Source: Cyanophora paradoxa CCMP329
Taxonomy: Eukaryota > Plantae > Glaucophyta
NCBI GenBank assembly: GCA_004431415.1
Contig: QPMI01000100.1
Coordinates: forward strand, 124,001-188,000
Direction: 5' to 3'
Length of the DNA: 64,000 bases
The notes under the pieces were generated by a model. It saw only the letters and a program-made list of their open reading frames with translations. It was not told where the DNA came from and searched no databases. Position 1 is the first letter of the stretch; the number at the start of each line of letters is the position of its first letter. The translations under genes were made by a program, and so were the position numbers. Positions 37,220-49,976 of the stretch are shown in pieces.

Positions 37220-39323
37220 CTATCGCAGGCTAGTCTTGTCAACTATCTGTCGTGCGTGGAGGATGCAATCATTGACCCCGACACCGTAGAAGCTGCTCCC
37301 AGTGAAGGAGAGGCGAGGGAAATAACGGGCAACCTGCTGCTCCAGTTGGGTAACAGTGTCATCTGCCAGCAGCGTGAGGGGGCGATAGAACAGCAACAAA
37401 GCTCAACGCTGACCATGCCCAACGTTGTACTGAGCGATGGCTGCAGTCAGGGCGTCAGGGAAGGGCTTGGCAGTGCAGTAAGAGAATCTCTGTGCACACC
37501 ATTAAAGCCCCGCATGACCTTAATGAGATCGGGCTTGATCTCTGGGGCGATCCCAAGGTGCTTCTTCATGTACTTGACTGCAAGGTCAATGAACTGGGCT
37601 TCTGTCATTTCTGGGAAACGCTGGGGGGCGTGTGAGTGGATGCAGCAATGCTGTCTGGAACAGCAGAGTCTATGCACCTCCTTCATCCGAGCCCCACCAA
37701 TCATCACAGTAAGCCTCGTTTGCTCTGGGGAGTGCTCCTGCTGGCCTGCTCGTGCTGATGAGAAGAGATTCACGCACGCCACAATGAGGGTTGTTCCCAC
37801 CAGGGAAGGTGCACGAGTCCCAGACCATGCCAAGGATCCCCTGGCCCTCCATCGAAGGGCACAGGTGTCCGAAGCCGCTGAAGGGCAGGACCCGCTGCTT
37901 GAAACCTGCACAGAGATCAGAAAGGCGGTCTGACCTTTCAACACACGTGGCGCACCAACAGAGACGACCGCAATGTCTGCATACTGTATGGATCGAAGCT
38001 TGGAAGCAGTGTCTGCATGCTGAGACTCGAGCAGAGGTGCTAGCAATGGCGCTGGGAGCGCCGAGAAGACGTGATCATAAGTTGCAGCTGTCAATAAATA
38101 TATCAGAACAGGGAACTGCAAACACAAAGTGTTGGACGCACAGCTTCCATCATCGAACAGCACGGAGACCTGGGGGAGGGGCAGAGGTCAGAGGGTAATC
38201 AACCGGTACGAAAGCAGGGCAAGGGCACTTTATCGTTTGCACAGGACAACTTCTGCACAGAGCGCTTCGTCAGTACTCGTGCATTCGTGTTCTTGGCCAT
38301 TGCCTCTGTAAGGGTGTCCATCCCATGCTTGAAGCTGATCAGAGCCGCCCCCTTCAACTTCTTCTCAAACTTCGGGTCGAGTGGAGGCCAGCTGCTGACG
38401 GGGGGAGGCGGGTGTGGCGACTTCTTGCTGACAATGCCGAGCTGAGCAAGGATACCGGAGGTCACTGAGCCGCTCTCCCGCTCGGCCTTCCAGAGCTGCC
38501 GGGAAAGTTTCGCGGCGCGAAAGTGACCGGGAGGGCTGAGAGCGCACGGAAGGGAAGCAGGACTTGATGGAAAGCTTTCGGGGATCGCCAGCATACACGC
38601 CAGAGATGACGGGGTCGATCTGAACGAGGCCCGAGGGCGAGTCGGCCGAGCGCCAGCGGGCACGCGGACGCCGGCACAGGGCACGCACGAGAGTTTCGGC
38701 CATCTTCGTCGAGAACCGCCTCGAGAAGAAGTCGTGGATCGATTCGTCGTGGGCGTGCCGCAGCGGCATCCGTGAGCGCTCCCGAAAGAGGACGGTGGCG
38801 AGGCCGGACGTCAGGGGCGAGCGCAAGAAGGCCGGCAAGCTGCTCGGGACCTCCTCCAGCCTGCCGTTCAGCCAGATGTACCTGCGCTTCGCAGCGCTAT
38901 CCGACACGACGACCTGCGTCGCGGCCGCGTTGGTAAGCGCTCGCAGCGCGACGCCGCACGTGCCGAGCGCCCGGCACCCACCTCATCGGCGAGACCGAGC
39001 TGCTGGATGAGGTGCATAGTCTCGCGCCCTGGCGCGCCTGAGGGCCGGACGCCACGCGGTCCCTGCTCGAGCACGAAGTCGTCCTCGCGAAGCGTGCGGA
39101 CCCATCCACCGAGTCTGCTCGACTTCTCCACCAGCGTCACGTTTACGGACGACCCGCGCACTCTGCGTCAAGGCGCCGGTCGACGTGAGCTGGGCGAACC
39201 GACGCGCCCGCCCGGCATCGCGGCGCGCGAAGCGCACTTGTTTAGGAAGTGTGCGGTAGCTAAACCGGATACGCCGCCGCCGAGGACCAGCACCTCCCGC
39301 GGCCTCGTCGCCCTCGTCAACAT
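37220..39323 (-). CDS. PPOX: Protoporphyrinogen oxidase (HemY family, mitochondrial/animal-like)
   Basis: VLGGGVSGLATA FAD motif, EKSSRLGGWVRT, EQGPRGVRP, SGVYAGDP.KLS, LGMVWDS, LTVMIGG, PQYNVGH, TGSSFYGVGVNDCI. Confidence 0.93.
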
Positions 39324-39832
39324 CGCAACGCGTCACGCTCGAGGCCGACACTCGGCAGCTACGCGAGGTCGACACTCGGCAGCTACACCGCAACGCAGCG
39401 CTGCCTCGACGCGCCCGCGTCCTATGCGCGCTGCAATGCGCTTCTTTGCGATTGTGGCTGTGTCGCAGCGGCGCTGCTGCTTCCAGCGAAATAGATGCAG
39501 ATGCAGTAGGCAGACGTGCAATCCACTTACGTTTTACGACCGCCGCTAGAGACGCGGCTGGATCTCGCCGTGTACCCGTCTAGGCCCCGAGGGCATCTCG
39601 CAAGCGCGCCGCCTCCCGGTTCGTCCTGTAGCTTCCCGAGCACATAGCGCGCGGCGGGAGTGAGCGCGCAGCGCGCTTAGCTTCAACCGTTGGTGCGTGC
39701 GCGCGCGTTGCTGACAGGTCGACCAACCCGCATATTCTCTCGTTTTAACATCGATAAGCAAGACGTCCCTAGAGCGCTGGTCGAACGGACGCCGCGTGAG
39801 CATGACCGGTGGCGCGCAGGCGGTTCGCCAAC

Positions 39833-42800
39833 ATGGAGAAGATCCGCAGCAAGCGGAAGACGGGCGAGCAGGCTGCGTCGCAGCCTCAAGCTGAAGCGCA
39901 AGCGGCCAGCTCTGCAGCGCCTGCACCGGCCGCGTCAAGCGCACCGGTTGCTCCGTCTGCGAAGTCGGTGCGAAGGATCCAGCCGATGTGCACGCGTCAG
40001 GGCCGTATTTTGATGCGGCGTTTGTTTCTTTCCACAGGACAACCCCGCACAGAAAGCGGCTGCGGCTGCGGCTGAACGCGCCGCCGCTGAGAAGGCCAAG
40101 GAGCGCGAGGCGGCCGAGCAGCGCGTGAAGGTGCTCCCTCGCGTTGTTCTCTTATCGCCTTATCGCCGAAGATCTGACTGACCTCACTTCGCGTGCAGGC
40201 CGAGGAGGAGGCGCGCAGGGCGGCCCAGGCAACGGCGGAGCGCGCAGCGGCGGAGAAGAAGGCGGCCGGGGACAAGGCGGCCGCCGAAAAGGCGGCAGCA
40301 GAGCGTGCGGCCGCCGAGAAGCGGGCCGCTGAGGAGAAGGCGGCAGCAGACAAGACAGCGGCCGCCAAGAAGGCCGCCGAGGAGAAGGCGGCAGCCGAGC
40401 GCAAGGCCGCTGAGGAGAAGGCGGCGAAGGAGGCGGCAGAGAAGCGCGCGGCGGAGGAGAAGGCGGCGGCTGCAAAGGCGGCGGCGGCCAAGGCGGCCGA
40501 GGAGAAGGCGGCGGCCGAGAAGCGCGCCGCCGAGGAGAAGGCGGCTGCGGAGCGCAAGGCCGCGGAGGCCAAGGCCGCAGCCGAGCGTGCAGCCGCAGAG
40601 AAGAAGGCCGCTGAAGAAAAGGCGGCCGCGGAACGCAAGGCGGCCGAGGAGAAGGCGGCGGCAGACCGTGCTGCTGCTGAGAAGAAGAAGGCTGAAGAAA
40701 AGGCGGCAGCAGAACGTAAGGCCGCCGAAGAAAAGGCAGCTGCGGAGCGACGGGCGGCCGAGGAGAAGGCGGCAGCGGAGCGCAGGGCGGCCGAGGAGAA
40801 GGCGGCAGCGGAGCGCAGGGCGGCCGAGGAGAAGGCGGCAGCGGAGCGCAAGGCGCGGGAAGAGGAGGAGGCTCGCCGCGAAGCGGCGGCGAAGGCGGCC
40901 GCCGAGCGAGCCATCGCTGAGCAGGTGGCGGCGGAGAAGCGGGCGGCCGAGGAGAAAGCTGCGGCGGCCAAGGCAGCGGCCGAGAAGGCGGCGGCGGAGC
41001 GGCTCGCGGCTGCGGAGAAGGCGGCCGCGGAAAGAGCGGCGGCTCTGGCGGCGAAGGAGGCGGCGGAGGAGGCCGAGAGGGCGCGACGGGCGGAGAAGGC
41101 GCGCCGCGACGCGGCGGAGGCAGAGCGCATGCGGCGCGAGGTGGGCCGGCCGGCCCCGCCCCGCCCCCTCCCTGTATGCCCGCCCGCCCGCGCATCTTGC
41201 CGACGCCCCGCCGCTGCGCAGCTCGAGCAGAAGCGGCTGGCAGACGAGGCAGAGCGGCGGCTGCGCGTGCAGGCGAGCGAGCGCTGGGCGGGGCCCGCTC
41301 GGCCGCGCGCGGCGGCGCCGGTCTGACGCAGCCCGCGCGCCGCAGATGGGCGCCCCGTCGGCTTCGTCGTCGGCTGTGGCGTCGCCGGCGCCGGCGGCGG
41401 TGGCGAACGGCGTGGAGCACGCGCCCCGCGCGGCGGGCCGCCCCGAGCAGGACGTGGCGTCCATAGTCGCGGTGGGCCTCCGTCTCCGGGCCCCGCCCGC
41501 CCGCAGCACCGGCCCCGAGAAGCTCACGTATGCGCTCAGGCGGCGGCGCTGGCGCGGGCGCGGCGGCGGGCGGAGGAGGACGAGAGGCGGCGGCAGGAGC
41601 GGGCGGACGTGGACCGGCACAAGCGCGAGATGGCCGAGGCGGCGGCCCGCGAGGCCGAGGAGGCGATGCGCCGGCGGCGGGAGCAGGCGGAGGCCAACCG
41701 CCGCGCCGCGGCCGAGGCCGAGCTCAAGAAGAAGCAGGTCCGACGCGCCGGCGCGCCGCGCCGCGTCCCGGGGTTGGGCACCGATGAGCGGCCGCCTTGC
41801 GGGGGCAGGAGGAGGAGCGGCGGCGGGCGGACGAGGAGCGGAGGCGGCGGGAAGCCGAGGCCAAGGCCAAGGCGGAGGAGGAGCGGCGGCGCAAGGAGGA
41901 GGAGGAGCGCTGGCGCCGCGAGGCGGAGGCGGAGGCGGCGCGCGCGGCGGCCGAGGAGCAGCGGCGCGCCCGCGAGGAGGAGGAGGCGAAGACACGCGCG
42001 GCGGAGGAGGCCCGCCGCAGGGTGCGTCGTTTCCGCCCGAGCTCCCCCCTGGCTAGCTGGCGGGCCGGCGCTCACCCCGAGCAGGCCGAGGAGGAGGAGG
42101 CGCGCAGAGAAGCTGCGGCCCAGGCGGCCGCGGAGCGCGCGGCGGCCGAGCGGAGGGCCGCTGAAGAGAAGGCGGCGGCGGAGCGCAAGGCGGCCGCCGA
42201 GAAGGCGGCCGCCGAGGCCAAGGCCAAGGCGGAGGCCGAAGCAAAGGCCAAGGCGGAGGCGGAAGCGAAGGCCGCCGAGAAGCGAGCCACTGAGGAGAAG
42301 GCGGCGGCGGAGAAGGCGGCCGCCGCCAAGAAGGCCGCCGAGGAGAAGGCGGCAGCCGAGCGCAAGGCCGCTGAGGAGAAGGCGGCGAAGGAGGCGGCCG
42401 AGAAGCGCGCGGCGGAGGAGAAGGCGGCGGCTGCGAAGGCGGCGGCGGCCAAGGCGGCCGAGGAGAAGGCGGCGGCCGAGAAGCGCGCCGCCGAGGAGAA
42501 GGCGGCGGCGGAGCGCAAGGCCGCTGAGGAGAAGGCGGCAGCCGAGCGCAAGGCAGCTGAGGAGAAGGCAGCCTCGGAGAAGCGCACGGCGGATGCCAAG
42601 GGCGCGGCGGAGAAGCGCGCGGCGGGCGAGAAGGCGGCCGAGGACAAGAAGGCCGCGGACAAGGCGGCAGAGAAGGCGGCGGCCGACAAGGCGGCCGCTG
42701 AGAAGAAGGCGGGCGAGGAGCGCGCGGCTGCGGCGAAGGCGGCGGCCGAGAAGCGCGCGGCGGAGGAGAAGGCGGCCGCCGCCAAGAAGGCGGCCGAGGA

Positions 42801-45800
42801 GCAGGCGGCGAAGGATAAGGAGGCGGCAGAGAAGGCGGAGGCGGCCGCCGCGGAGGCGTCGGCGTCGTCGTCGTCCAAGGGCAAGAGCAAGAAGAAGAAG
42901 GGGAAGGGCGGGGCGGGCAAGGCCGAGGAGGATGCGGCTGAGGCGAAGGCGGCGGAGGCGAAGGCGGAGGCGGAGCGGGCGGAGATGGCGGCGGCTGCGG
43001 AGCGGACGGCGAAGGAGGCGGAGCGAAGGGCGCGCGTCGCGGCGGAGGAGGCGGCCGCCGCGGAGCGCACGGCGGCCGAGGCGGCCGCCGCGGATCGATC
43101 GCGCGCGGAGGCCGACCGCGCCCGCGCGACGGCCGCCGCGGCGGCGGCCGAGCGGCGCCTGAAGGCGGCCTCGGAGCCGGCCCGGCGGCGGCCCCCGCCG
43201 CTGCTGCCCCCGCCCCCGCAGCCGCCTCCGCAGCCGCTGCTGCGCCGGCGACGCCGGCCAAGTCGACGGTGCGCGGGCCGCGCCGCGCGCAGTCTACGTA
43301 GATTTCTCAAAGAGAGCGGCAGGACACGGTGGTGGAGACTGCGGAGGAGGCGTCGGCGCGGCGCAGGCGCGACGAGGCCAAGGCACGCGCTCCCGTCCCT
43401 TCCCCTCGGCTTCAGCTTAGGCTTTCGGCTGACGGCGGGGCGCGGGCGCGCAGGGCGCCGCGGTGGCCGCTGAGGACGCGGCGGCGGCGCGGAGGGCCGA
43501 GGCGGACAAGAAGGCGGGGGCGCAGGGCCCCCCGACCCTCGGCTGCAGCCGCGTGCGCACACACGCGCCCTTTCCCCCATCCATCCATCCGCCCCGCCAT
43601 CCCCTTAAGAAGAGCGCAGGGCGCGGACGGCGAGTGGAGCTTCGCCGTCTTCGCGCCGCACGCGAGCCGCGCGTGGATCTTCGTCCAGGCGGGGCCCGAC
43701 CACGCGGGCGCGCCCGAGGCGCGGGCGGCCGGCGAGGAGCTGGAGATGGAGCGGTACACGGCGCACGGGCTCTACACGGCGACCGTGCCGGGCCTGCTCC
43801 CCGGCGACCGCTACTGCTTCGTCTTCGAGCAGCCGGCGCCGGAGGAGGACGACGAGGAGTACGACGAGGACGGAGAGCGGGAGCGGCGGCGCCGGTTCGC
43901 GGAGGCGGCCGCGTGGGCGGCGCAGGTCCGGGGCGAGCCGCTGCCGGCCCCGGAGGAGGCCGAAGGCGAGGCCAAGAAGAAGGAGACGGGGCCCCGGCTC
44001 CTCCGCCGCCGCGACCCCTACGCCCGCGCCGCCGTGCGCCCATCCACCCATACTCTAAATACGATCTGCTCCTCAACTCTGCTCTCTTTAGAGCTTCTAA
44101 AAACTAGTATAAATAACCCTAGATACTCTAAATGCACTCTGCTCCTCACCTCTCTTCAGGACTTCGACTCGGAGCTGTGCATCGTGTGCGACGACGGGGC
44201 GGACTTCGAGTGGGCGCCCTTCGCGGCCGAGGCCCCCGAGGACATGGTCATCTACGAGCTGCACGCCTCGGGTGAGTGAATGAATGAACCCCAATCATAA
44301 CTTTGTAACTAACGAACGAGAGAACGAACGAATTAACCTAATCTCGTCTATCTCTAGCTCTCTAGCGTCTATCTCTAATCTCGTGAATGAATCGCGCTCT
44401 AGCTCCTCATCCTAATCTCGACTTTCTAACTGACTAACTTCAATCTTCTTCTTCCTAAGGGATGGTGGGCCTGCGGGACGGCCTGGACTACCGCACGGAG
44501 CTCTCGGTGTACGAGAAGCTCGAGACGAAGCTCGCCCACATCGCCGGCCTCGGGTCCGACCCCTGCGCTTCCTTATACTTCTGCGGCTCCCCGCTCTAGA
44601 GTCCTCGAGTTCTAGAATGAAGGCCTCGCTAGCTCGCTCGCTCGCTCGCGTCTGAGCCTCTTGAGCTAGCTAGTCTTACTCACGCGTCGCCCCGGCCCGG
44701 CCCGCCCCGCCCCGCAGCTTCAACACCATCCTGCTGCTCCCCGTCCAGGGTCCGCCCGCCCGTCCCTCTTCCATCCTCCCTCGCCGAAGCCGACGGGGCG
44801 GGGCCCCGCAGAGCACTCGGACGGGCTGGGCCAGGAGCCGCGCATGCCGCGGGCGCTGCACGGGCCCTGGGGCACCCCCGACCAGGTCCGTCTTGAATCT
44901 GACTTCACCTGACTTGACTAAACTTAGACCTTATTAACCTAACTAAACTTAACTTGAATCTTACTCAACTCATCTCCACTTGAACCTTTCCGCTCTCCCT
45001 CGCCTCGCCTCGACCGCTCCTAACTCGCGGTCGCTCCGGGCAGCTGCGGCGGTTCGTGGACGCGGCGCACCGCGCCGGCCTCGCGGTCCTCATCGACGTC
45101 GTCCTCGCCCACGGCGCCACAAAGGTGTCCTCGCACGCCAATATAAGAATAACAGAAGCTCGTGCTAAGCTAAGATATAGCTTAGTATACCGCCCATGCT
45201 AAGCATACTGCTTTGGCTAAGAAGATAGATATAAAACTGCTGCTGAACCGGACTAGCCACAAGAAGATAATACGTACTATGGCTGAACTTGACTGCGGTG
45301 CAGGGGAACGCGCTGTGGAACTTCGACGCGGAGGGCCCCGAGGAGGACGGCGGCATCTACTTCTTCGGCGCCGAGGAGACCCCCCGCGGCCGCCTCTTCT
45401 CCTTCGAGCGCCGCTGGGTCCGCCTGCTTCGCACCCAATCTAAGACCTAAACAAGACTAAGACCTAATAAGATCTAATAAGACCTAAGACTAAGACCTAA
45501 TGAGACTAAGACTGAGACCCCCCGCGGCCGCCTCTTCTCCTTCGAGCGCCGCTGGGTCCGTCAGTCTAAGTTCACTTTGGTTCACCTTACAGAATGAGGA
45601 ACTAGAACGTTAACCGGGCCCAACAAGACGAAGACCTAGTCAGGCCCGGGAAGGGCCCGCCCCCTTGCACTAAGACTGAGACGCCCCGCGGCCGCCTCCT
45701 CTCCTTCGAGCGCCGCTGGGTCCGTCTGCTTCGCACCCAATCTAAGACCTAAACAAGACTAAGACCTAATAAGATCTAAGAAGACCTGACACTAAGACCT

Positions 45801-48800
45801 AATAAGATCTAAATAGACCTAAGACTAAGACCTAATGAGACTAAGACTGAGACCCCCCGCGGCCGCCTCTTCCCCTTCGAGCGCCGCTGGGTCCGTCTAA
45901 GTTCACTTTGGTTCACCTTACAGAATGAGGAACTAGAACGTTAACCGGGCCCAACAAGACGAAGACCTAGTCAGGCCCGGGAAGGGTCCACCCCCTTGCA
46001 CTAAGATTGAGACGCCCCGCGGCCGCCTCTTCTCCTTCGAGCGCCGCTGGGTCAGTCTACTTCACAGCCAATCTAAGAATCTTAGAATCTTAGAGCTGTC
46101 CCAGTTGCTTGCTCGCTTGTCCCGCTTGCTTGCTTGTCTGCTTTAAGAATGGGGGGGCCGCACAGTCTACCTTTAAAAACGCCCTCAAACGCCCTCGCCG
46201 CTGTCTCAAACGCCCTCAAACGCCCTTTCTGAGCCCCTCGAACCCTCGTTTCTTGTCTTTTTGAGCCCCTAATCTACTTCACAACTGATCTAAGAACAAG
46301 AACTGCTCTGAGAATCGTTCTTGAACCAGCTCGAGTGCCCTCGCTGCTTGCTCGCTTGCCTGTCCCGCTGAGCCGCTCGCCTCGCCTCGCGCCAGGTGCG
46401 GGACCTGCTGCTGGCGGCGGCGCGCACCTTCCTCGCCGAGTACAACGCCGACGGCCTCCGCCTCCAGCGCGCCCAGGCCCGCCCGCGCCCCTCCCTCCCT
46501 CCCTCCCTTCGTTTATCGCCCTTCCGCCCTTCCCTTTTTAGTTGGGAGACGATTCCCTTCGCGTCGCCCCGCGTCGCCCGCATCGTCTGAGATCCCACTG
46601 CGCAGTACCTGCCGCTGTACTTCGCGGCGCAGATCACGCGGACCCTCAAGCAGGAGTACCCCCACAAGTACATCATCGCCGACGTGCGCCCCGCCCCGCC
46701 CCGCCCCGCCCGCCGCTCTCAACGCCAGCGCGCTCTGAAACACAAAGCTAAATATAATGAGCCCCCTCGCCCTCGCCTGCCGCTCCCGCCAGCTCATAGC
46801 TTGCTAGAGCCCCCAGCGAGCCCGCGCCCCGCCTGACGCCCCGCGCCCCGCGCCCCGCGCCTCTGCAGTACCAGCCGGAGGACCCTGAGGCGATCGTGCA
46901 GTGCGGGTTCGACGCCTGCCAGGTGCGCCGAACAGGGGCCGGGGCTACGCCGGGCCAGGCCGGGCCAGGCTAGACAGGAATAGACGACACCGCGCCCTTC
47001 TCCTCCTTGTCCCTCGCTCTGAGGCGGCCCCCCTTCTCCACGCAGCTGGCGTCGACGTGGACGGACGGGCTGCGGGCGGTGCGCGAGGCGCCCGTGGACC
47101 TCCCCTGCATCAAGCACCTCGCCGGCCTTCCCCTGGGCTTCACCCACGCCGCCCAGGTGCCTGCCGTCCCTGGCTCGCTTTAGGGCTAGACTCTTGTTGG
47201 GCGCTTGCTTGGCGCCCCCGCCTGACCCGAGCGCCCCGCCCCGCCCCGCCCCGCCCCGCCCCGCCCCCGCAGTGCGTGAAGCACCTGCTGGGCTGCCACG
47301 AGAACAACGGCGACAGCTACGACGGCTCCCAGGATGGCGCGCCCCCGCTTGCTTTGCTTTGCTTTGCTTTTCCCCTCTTTCTTCTCATTAATAACTCTTA
47401 TGCCCCGCTTATTCTTATGAACTAACTCTCTTTCTTCTTATTATAACAACTTCCCCCGCCCGCCTTGCTTTTCCCCCCGCTTGCCTTGCTTCGCCCTGGC
47501 GCGCGCGCCGCTGACCGGCTCGCAGAGGGCTCGCACCGGTACGCGGTGCAGCTGTTCGGGGGCCGCCACGACTGGTACGCGCGGGCGTTCGTCCGCATGC
47601 TCTACGCCGCGATGGGCGCCGCCGTCGGCGTGCCCCTCATGTTCATGGGCAACGAGGTCCGCCTTGTTATTATTTCTCAAGTTGTTCTTCTCAAGCTCAA
47701 GCTTTCTATCTTCATCAGTTCCTGGCGCCGAACTGGTTCGACGACAAGAAGCGCCTCTGGTGGCAGTGGGTCGACTGCCACTGGGCCCAGGTCCGTCCGA
47801 ATTTATAGATGGAAGGGGGTTAGAATTTATAGGAGGGGTCGTCGCGTCACACCTGTACATAAAAGCGTAAACAAAAAAGAAGGCGGGGCTGTCCGTCAAG
47901 TCGCCTTCCTTCCGCACTCACTCCCCCGGCCCCGGTCCGTCAGACTAGGACAATTGGCCCCACACACCCCCCCCTTACCCCCCCCCCCCCCCCACCCCCC
48001 CCGCCCCCCCCCGACCCCCCCCCCCCCCCCCGCCTCCCCTTCCCCCCTCCCTTCTCTCATCCTGCCCCTCCCCCCCCGCAGGGGATGATGCGGCTGGTGA
48101 TGGACGTGAACGGGATGCGGCGGGCCGAGGCGGCGCTGCGGGGCTCGGGCGCCTCCACTTGCTTCACCCACGAGAGCCGCGAGGCGGGGCAGGTCCGCCC
48201 GTCCGTCCGGCGTCCGGCGTCTAAATGGCTGGCTAGCTTCTAGCTAGAAACCTTCTGCGGACCTTTCGTCTTGCGGGGCTCGAACGGGAGCGCGCCCGGC
48301 TTGCTGTCTGGCTATAGCTAGCCGGATCCCTCGCTTTCGCTCGCTGACCGAGGGCGGGCCGGGGGGCAGTGCGTGGTGGCGTGGAAGCGCTCGGCCCCGG
48401 GCAGCGTCGTCCTCGCCGTCATCAACGCCTCCAACGTGCGCGCTCCTCGACTCTTCTTGTTCTCCTTATTATAGCAACACTTGACGTTATTATTAACTGT
48501 CTCTGTCTTCTTACAATCACTTCGTGTTCCTCTTCTGCAGCGCCAGTGGACGGCGTGCGACTACGGTCTGCTGGCCGACGAACCCCCCGGCACGACCTTC
48601 CACGAGCTCCTCAACTCGCAGGCCGACATCTACGGCGGCTGGGAGGGCTCCGGCAACGCCTTCCGCGAGATCCCGGTCGAGGCGGACGGCACGCTGCGGA
48701 TCAATTTGCCCAAGTGGTCCGTCCTCTACTTCCGCAGGGACGAGCCGGGCACCGAGATCCCGGTACTCCCCTCGGCGGACCCTGACCGGAAGCTCGTCAA

Positions 48801-48988
48801 CGTCGAGATCCCCTCCCCCTACGCCCCGCCCCCGGACTACGTGCCCCCCGGCTCCTCCCCCTCCTCCCAGACCTCTACCCCGGCCGCCTCCCCGGCGCCC
48901 CGGGCCGGCACGGCCGCGGCCGCCGCCCAGCGCTCGCCCGCGCCGCGCCCGGCGCCCCGCCGCCGGCCCCTCGGCCGGCAAGCGGTGA
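39833..48988 (+). CDS. Giant protein: long Ala/Glu/Lys/Arg helical rod fused to CBM48 plus GH13 (branching enzyme/TreZ-like) domain with substituted catalytic triad
   Basis: CBM48 FAVFAPHASR..RRDPYAR; GH13 VIYELH, LGFNTILLLPV, GTPDQLRRFVDAAH..GLAVLIDVVLAH, ADGLRLQ, YIIAD, GCHE, GVPLMFMGNE; C-terminal beta domain LLNSQADIYGG..INLPKWSVLYF. The fusion needs a 1-nt correction near 43181. The stop is at 48988 or 49221. Confidence 0.75.
40199..43170 (+). repeat. Coding ~33-bp (11-aa, AAEEKAAAERK-like) tandem repeats with an internal duplication (~40360-40560 vs ~42325-42525)
   Basis: Visible repeat units such as gcggccgaggagaaggcggcagcggagcgc, and a ~200-bp block repeated almost exactly in two exons. 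Confidence 0.9.
45376..46052 (+). repeat. Intronic higher-order tandem array: five copies of the 3' end of a GH13 exon plus donor, with two alternating spacer types
   Basis: gagac(c/g)ccccgcggccgcctc(t/c)tc(t/c)ccttcgagcgccgctgggtc at ~45376, 45514, 45678, 45849 and 46009. Spacers alternate A-B-A-B. Confidence 0.92.
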
Positions 48989-49976
48989 TCGTGATCGAAA
49001 TTGAATCGCTTTTCGAGCCGGGCCGAAATAGGTCTAGACCTTCGCTCTTTACAGTATCCTGTGTTTTTTGTTCGTTTTTTGCGGCCTGCTGGGCAACGGC
49101 ACGCCATGCATCAGATGCAATTGCAATGTTTCTCGTTTCACAGCCTGCTTTAGCTAGCGCTGGCATATACATTCCGATGGAATCGACATCCCGCTTTTAC
49201 ATCGACAGAGTACTTAGTTAATTCACTACGGTAGCAGTCACTGAGGCTCAAATGATAATTCTTCTTCTTCGAATTCCTTCCAAACGACGCCTTCTTCGAA
49301 TTCGAATTCTTTGGCCGCCATTGCATTGCGGGGGCCGGGCGCGTGATCATGAGCCTCGGAGCCGACGGCGGGATCCGGACCTCACGATCGGATGGTCATC
49401 CCCGGCCCCCTGGGGGGGCCCGGGGGTCCCGCCCGGGGGCACGGAACCGTCGGCATGAGAGACTCCGGCGACGCCTTCAAGGCTTCTTCGAATTTTACTA
49501 AGTTATTGGAAACGGGGTAGGGCCCCCGTTTCCTGTCACTTACAAAATGACGGTCCTGCTCATCTCCCGATCCAGCTCCGAGCTCTTAACCGAGTGCTAG
49601 GATCGCTAACGCTCCGTACGCGTGGCTCTCGCGCGCAGATTACGATTGCGATTTTTACGATCGATATCGCAGGATGAATTAATTACTAAGTTAGCCGCTG
49701 AGCTGCGCTAGCTATAGCGCTAGCTAGCTCTCCCGGCCCCCCGGGCCCCGGTTGGTCGACCACCAACCTCTTCCGCCCACAGTCTTGTGCGGCGCCGGTT
49801 AGCGCGTGGACCGGATAGAGGGGCTCCGCCGCCGTTCCCCAGGAAACTCCCTTTAAATTTGTTCACAGCACGGTCGAAGTCGTGCCGTATACGTAGTGTG
49901 TGCTGTACCCGTAGACGCGTGTCACTGTGTCACAGGCCGAGTTTGTACAATTGCATACCTTCTTCCGCAGGTCATG

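Noticed and set aside
43175-43190. Programmed frameshift between the rod and GH13 parts
   Set aside because: There is no slippery heptamer. A single missing C in a GC run is more simply a sequencing or assembly indel.
40193-43473. Bacterial TolA-like or horizontally transferred gene
   Set aside because: Similarity would be compositional only. The region is split by spliceosomal introns and has no TolA anchor or C-terminal domain.
45376-46052. CRISPR-like repeat-spacer appearance
   Set aside because: It lies in a eukaryotic intron, the repeat is a copy of the adjacent exon end, spacers are long and themselves repeated, and there are no cas genes.
47965-48080. Long poly-C tract (G-quadruplex potential on the minus strand)
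   Set aside because: It is a low-complexity intronic tract before an acceptor, its length is unreliable in assemblies, and there is no further support.
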